From: Macrostomum lignano
Lineage: Eukaryota
Assembly (NCBI GenBank): GCA_002269645.1
Contig: NIVC01003543.1
Location: forward strand, 1 to 64,000
DNA length: 64,000 bases
Direction of reading: 5' to 3'
Positions within the stretch are counted from its first letter, which is position 1. Each line of letters begins with the position of its first letter. Of this stretch, positions 62,691 to 64,000 are shown in pieces. Both the position numbers and the translations under genes were made by a program. The notes under the pieces were generated by a model. That model had not been told where the DNA came from and did no database searches. It worked only from the letters and a program-made list of their open reading frames with translations.

Positions 62691-62944
62691 TATCTGCTGT
62701 TCTGTTTAGAACCCATGAAGACCTGAAAAGCAATAGAGCAATTATGTGAAAGAAAGAACCGAAATAAGGAAAAAAAGTGAGTGCAAAATACAAAAAAAGA
62801 AGCCAGAACCAAAACAGCATTAAAATAAACTATACTGAACTAATCTGGAATAGTTAATAGCAAACTCATATAGAATAGAAAACTCATATAGAATAGATAA
62901 AAATAAATGCTACAGCCAAACACAATCTAAGGTCTGAAACAACC

Positions 62945-63851
62945 AATGCCAAGTGTCTGCCAAGTAATGCCAAGTAAATGCCAAGTAAATGCCAACTAAT
63001 GCCAAGTAAATGCCAAGTAAATGCCAACTAATGCCAACTAATGCCAAGTAAATGCCAAGTAAATGCCAACTAATGCCAACTAATGCCAACTAATGCCAAG
63101 TAAGTGCCAACTAATGCCAAGTGTCTGCCAAGTAATGCCAAGTAAGTGCCAACTAATGCCAACTAATGCCAAGTGTCTGCCAACTAATGCCAACTAATGC
63201 CAAGTAAATGCCAACTAATGCCAACTAATGCCAAGTAAATGCCAACTAATGCCAACTAATGCCAACTAATGCCAAGTAAATGCCAACTAATGCCAAGTAA
63301 ATGCCAACTAATGCCAACTAATGCCAAGTAAATGCCAACTAATGCCAACTAATGCCAACTAATGCCAAGTAATTGCCAACTAATGCCAAGTGTCTGCCAA
63401 GTAATGCCAAGTAAGTGCCAACTAATGCCAACTAATGCCAACTAATGCCAAGTGTCTGCCAACTAATGCCAACTAATGCCAACTAATGCCAAGTAAATGC
63501 CAACTAATGCCAACTAATGCCAAGTAAATGCCAACTAATGCCAACTAATGCCAACTAATGCCAAGTAAATGCCAACTAATGCCAACTAATGCCAACTAAT
63601 GCCAAGTAAGTGCCAACTAATGCCAAGTGTCTGCCAAGTAATGCCAAGTAAGTGCCAACTAATGCCAACTAATGCCAACTAATGCCAACTAATGCCAAGT
63701 GTCTGCCAACTAATGCCAACTAATGCCAAGTAATGCCAAGTAAATGCCAACTAATGCTAAGTAAATTCCAGGTAATGCCAAGTAATCAGTTATTTGGCCA
63801 GGCCTAGGCCTATGGCATTTGCCAAGTAAATGCCAAGTAATGCCAGGCCTA
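62945..63851 (-). repeat. Inner right inverted arm (AATGCCAACT / AATGCCAAGTA units)
   Basis: Mirror of 54753-55500 with more repeat units. Confidence 0.95.
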
Positions 63852-64000
63852 TAACAATCTAATTTTCAAAAAATGAAAATATATACTAATAATAGAATCT
63901 TCAGTTTGCAATACTCTAAGTTAGTTATTAAATAAGTTTGGAATTTAATTGTAATCATAACAGATAAAAAGCAAAGTAAGGCACAAAATGCTATAATTGT

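Larger units (their letters stand above)
33398..64000. mobile_element. Large inverted-repeat (Foldback-type) Mutator-like element, with a Helitron array nested in its left arm; true termini not defined in this window
   Basis: 63852-64000 is the reverse complement of 33398-33547, with one 1-bp indel. 54753-55500 is the inverted counterpart of 62945-63851. The interior encodes a MULE-type transposase. Confidence 0.8.

Noticed and set aside
54751-63853. Apparent 9.1-kb element GGCC...GGCC with a TATA or TA target-site duplication
   Set aside because: The inverted identity continues beyond 63853 and matches 33398-33547, so TATA is internal to the arms and not a TSD.

Overview
Eukaryotic (animal) genomic DNA. 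The short GC-rich exons, minisatellite-filled introns and FRF/FRYamide precursor suggest an invertebrate, possibly a Macrostomum-like flatworm; this is inference. All gene models and domain calls were made by hand, without database searches. The left 26 kb holds four genes: SLC25A33/36-type mitochondrial pyrimidine carrier (+, 4 exons, 330 aa), an xFRF/xFRY-amide neuropeptide precursor (-, 104 aa), an unrecognised PDZ protein (-, 7 exons, 344 aa) and CTF18 (-, 7 exons, 912 aa). Eight of the 15 introns carry their own minisatellite. 26-33.4 kb is AT-rich and contains MITEs. From at least 33.4 kb to the window end lies one nested composite. Near-identical inverted arms (33398-33547 plus 54751-55500 versus 62945-64000+) enclose a spliced Mutator-like transposase gene (PHD, vertnin-type OTU protease, DDE core, C-terminal Zn finger; two in-frame stops) and a second ORF of unknown function. 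The left arm is interrupted by a 21.2-kb head-to-tail array of five non-autonomous Helitrons. These share a scaffold: a conserved core, a tRNA-derived Pol III-like unit, a slot filled by different 22-24 bp satellites, a GC hairpin and CTAG.
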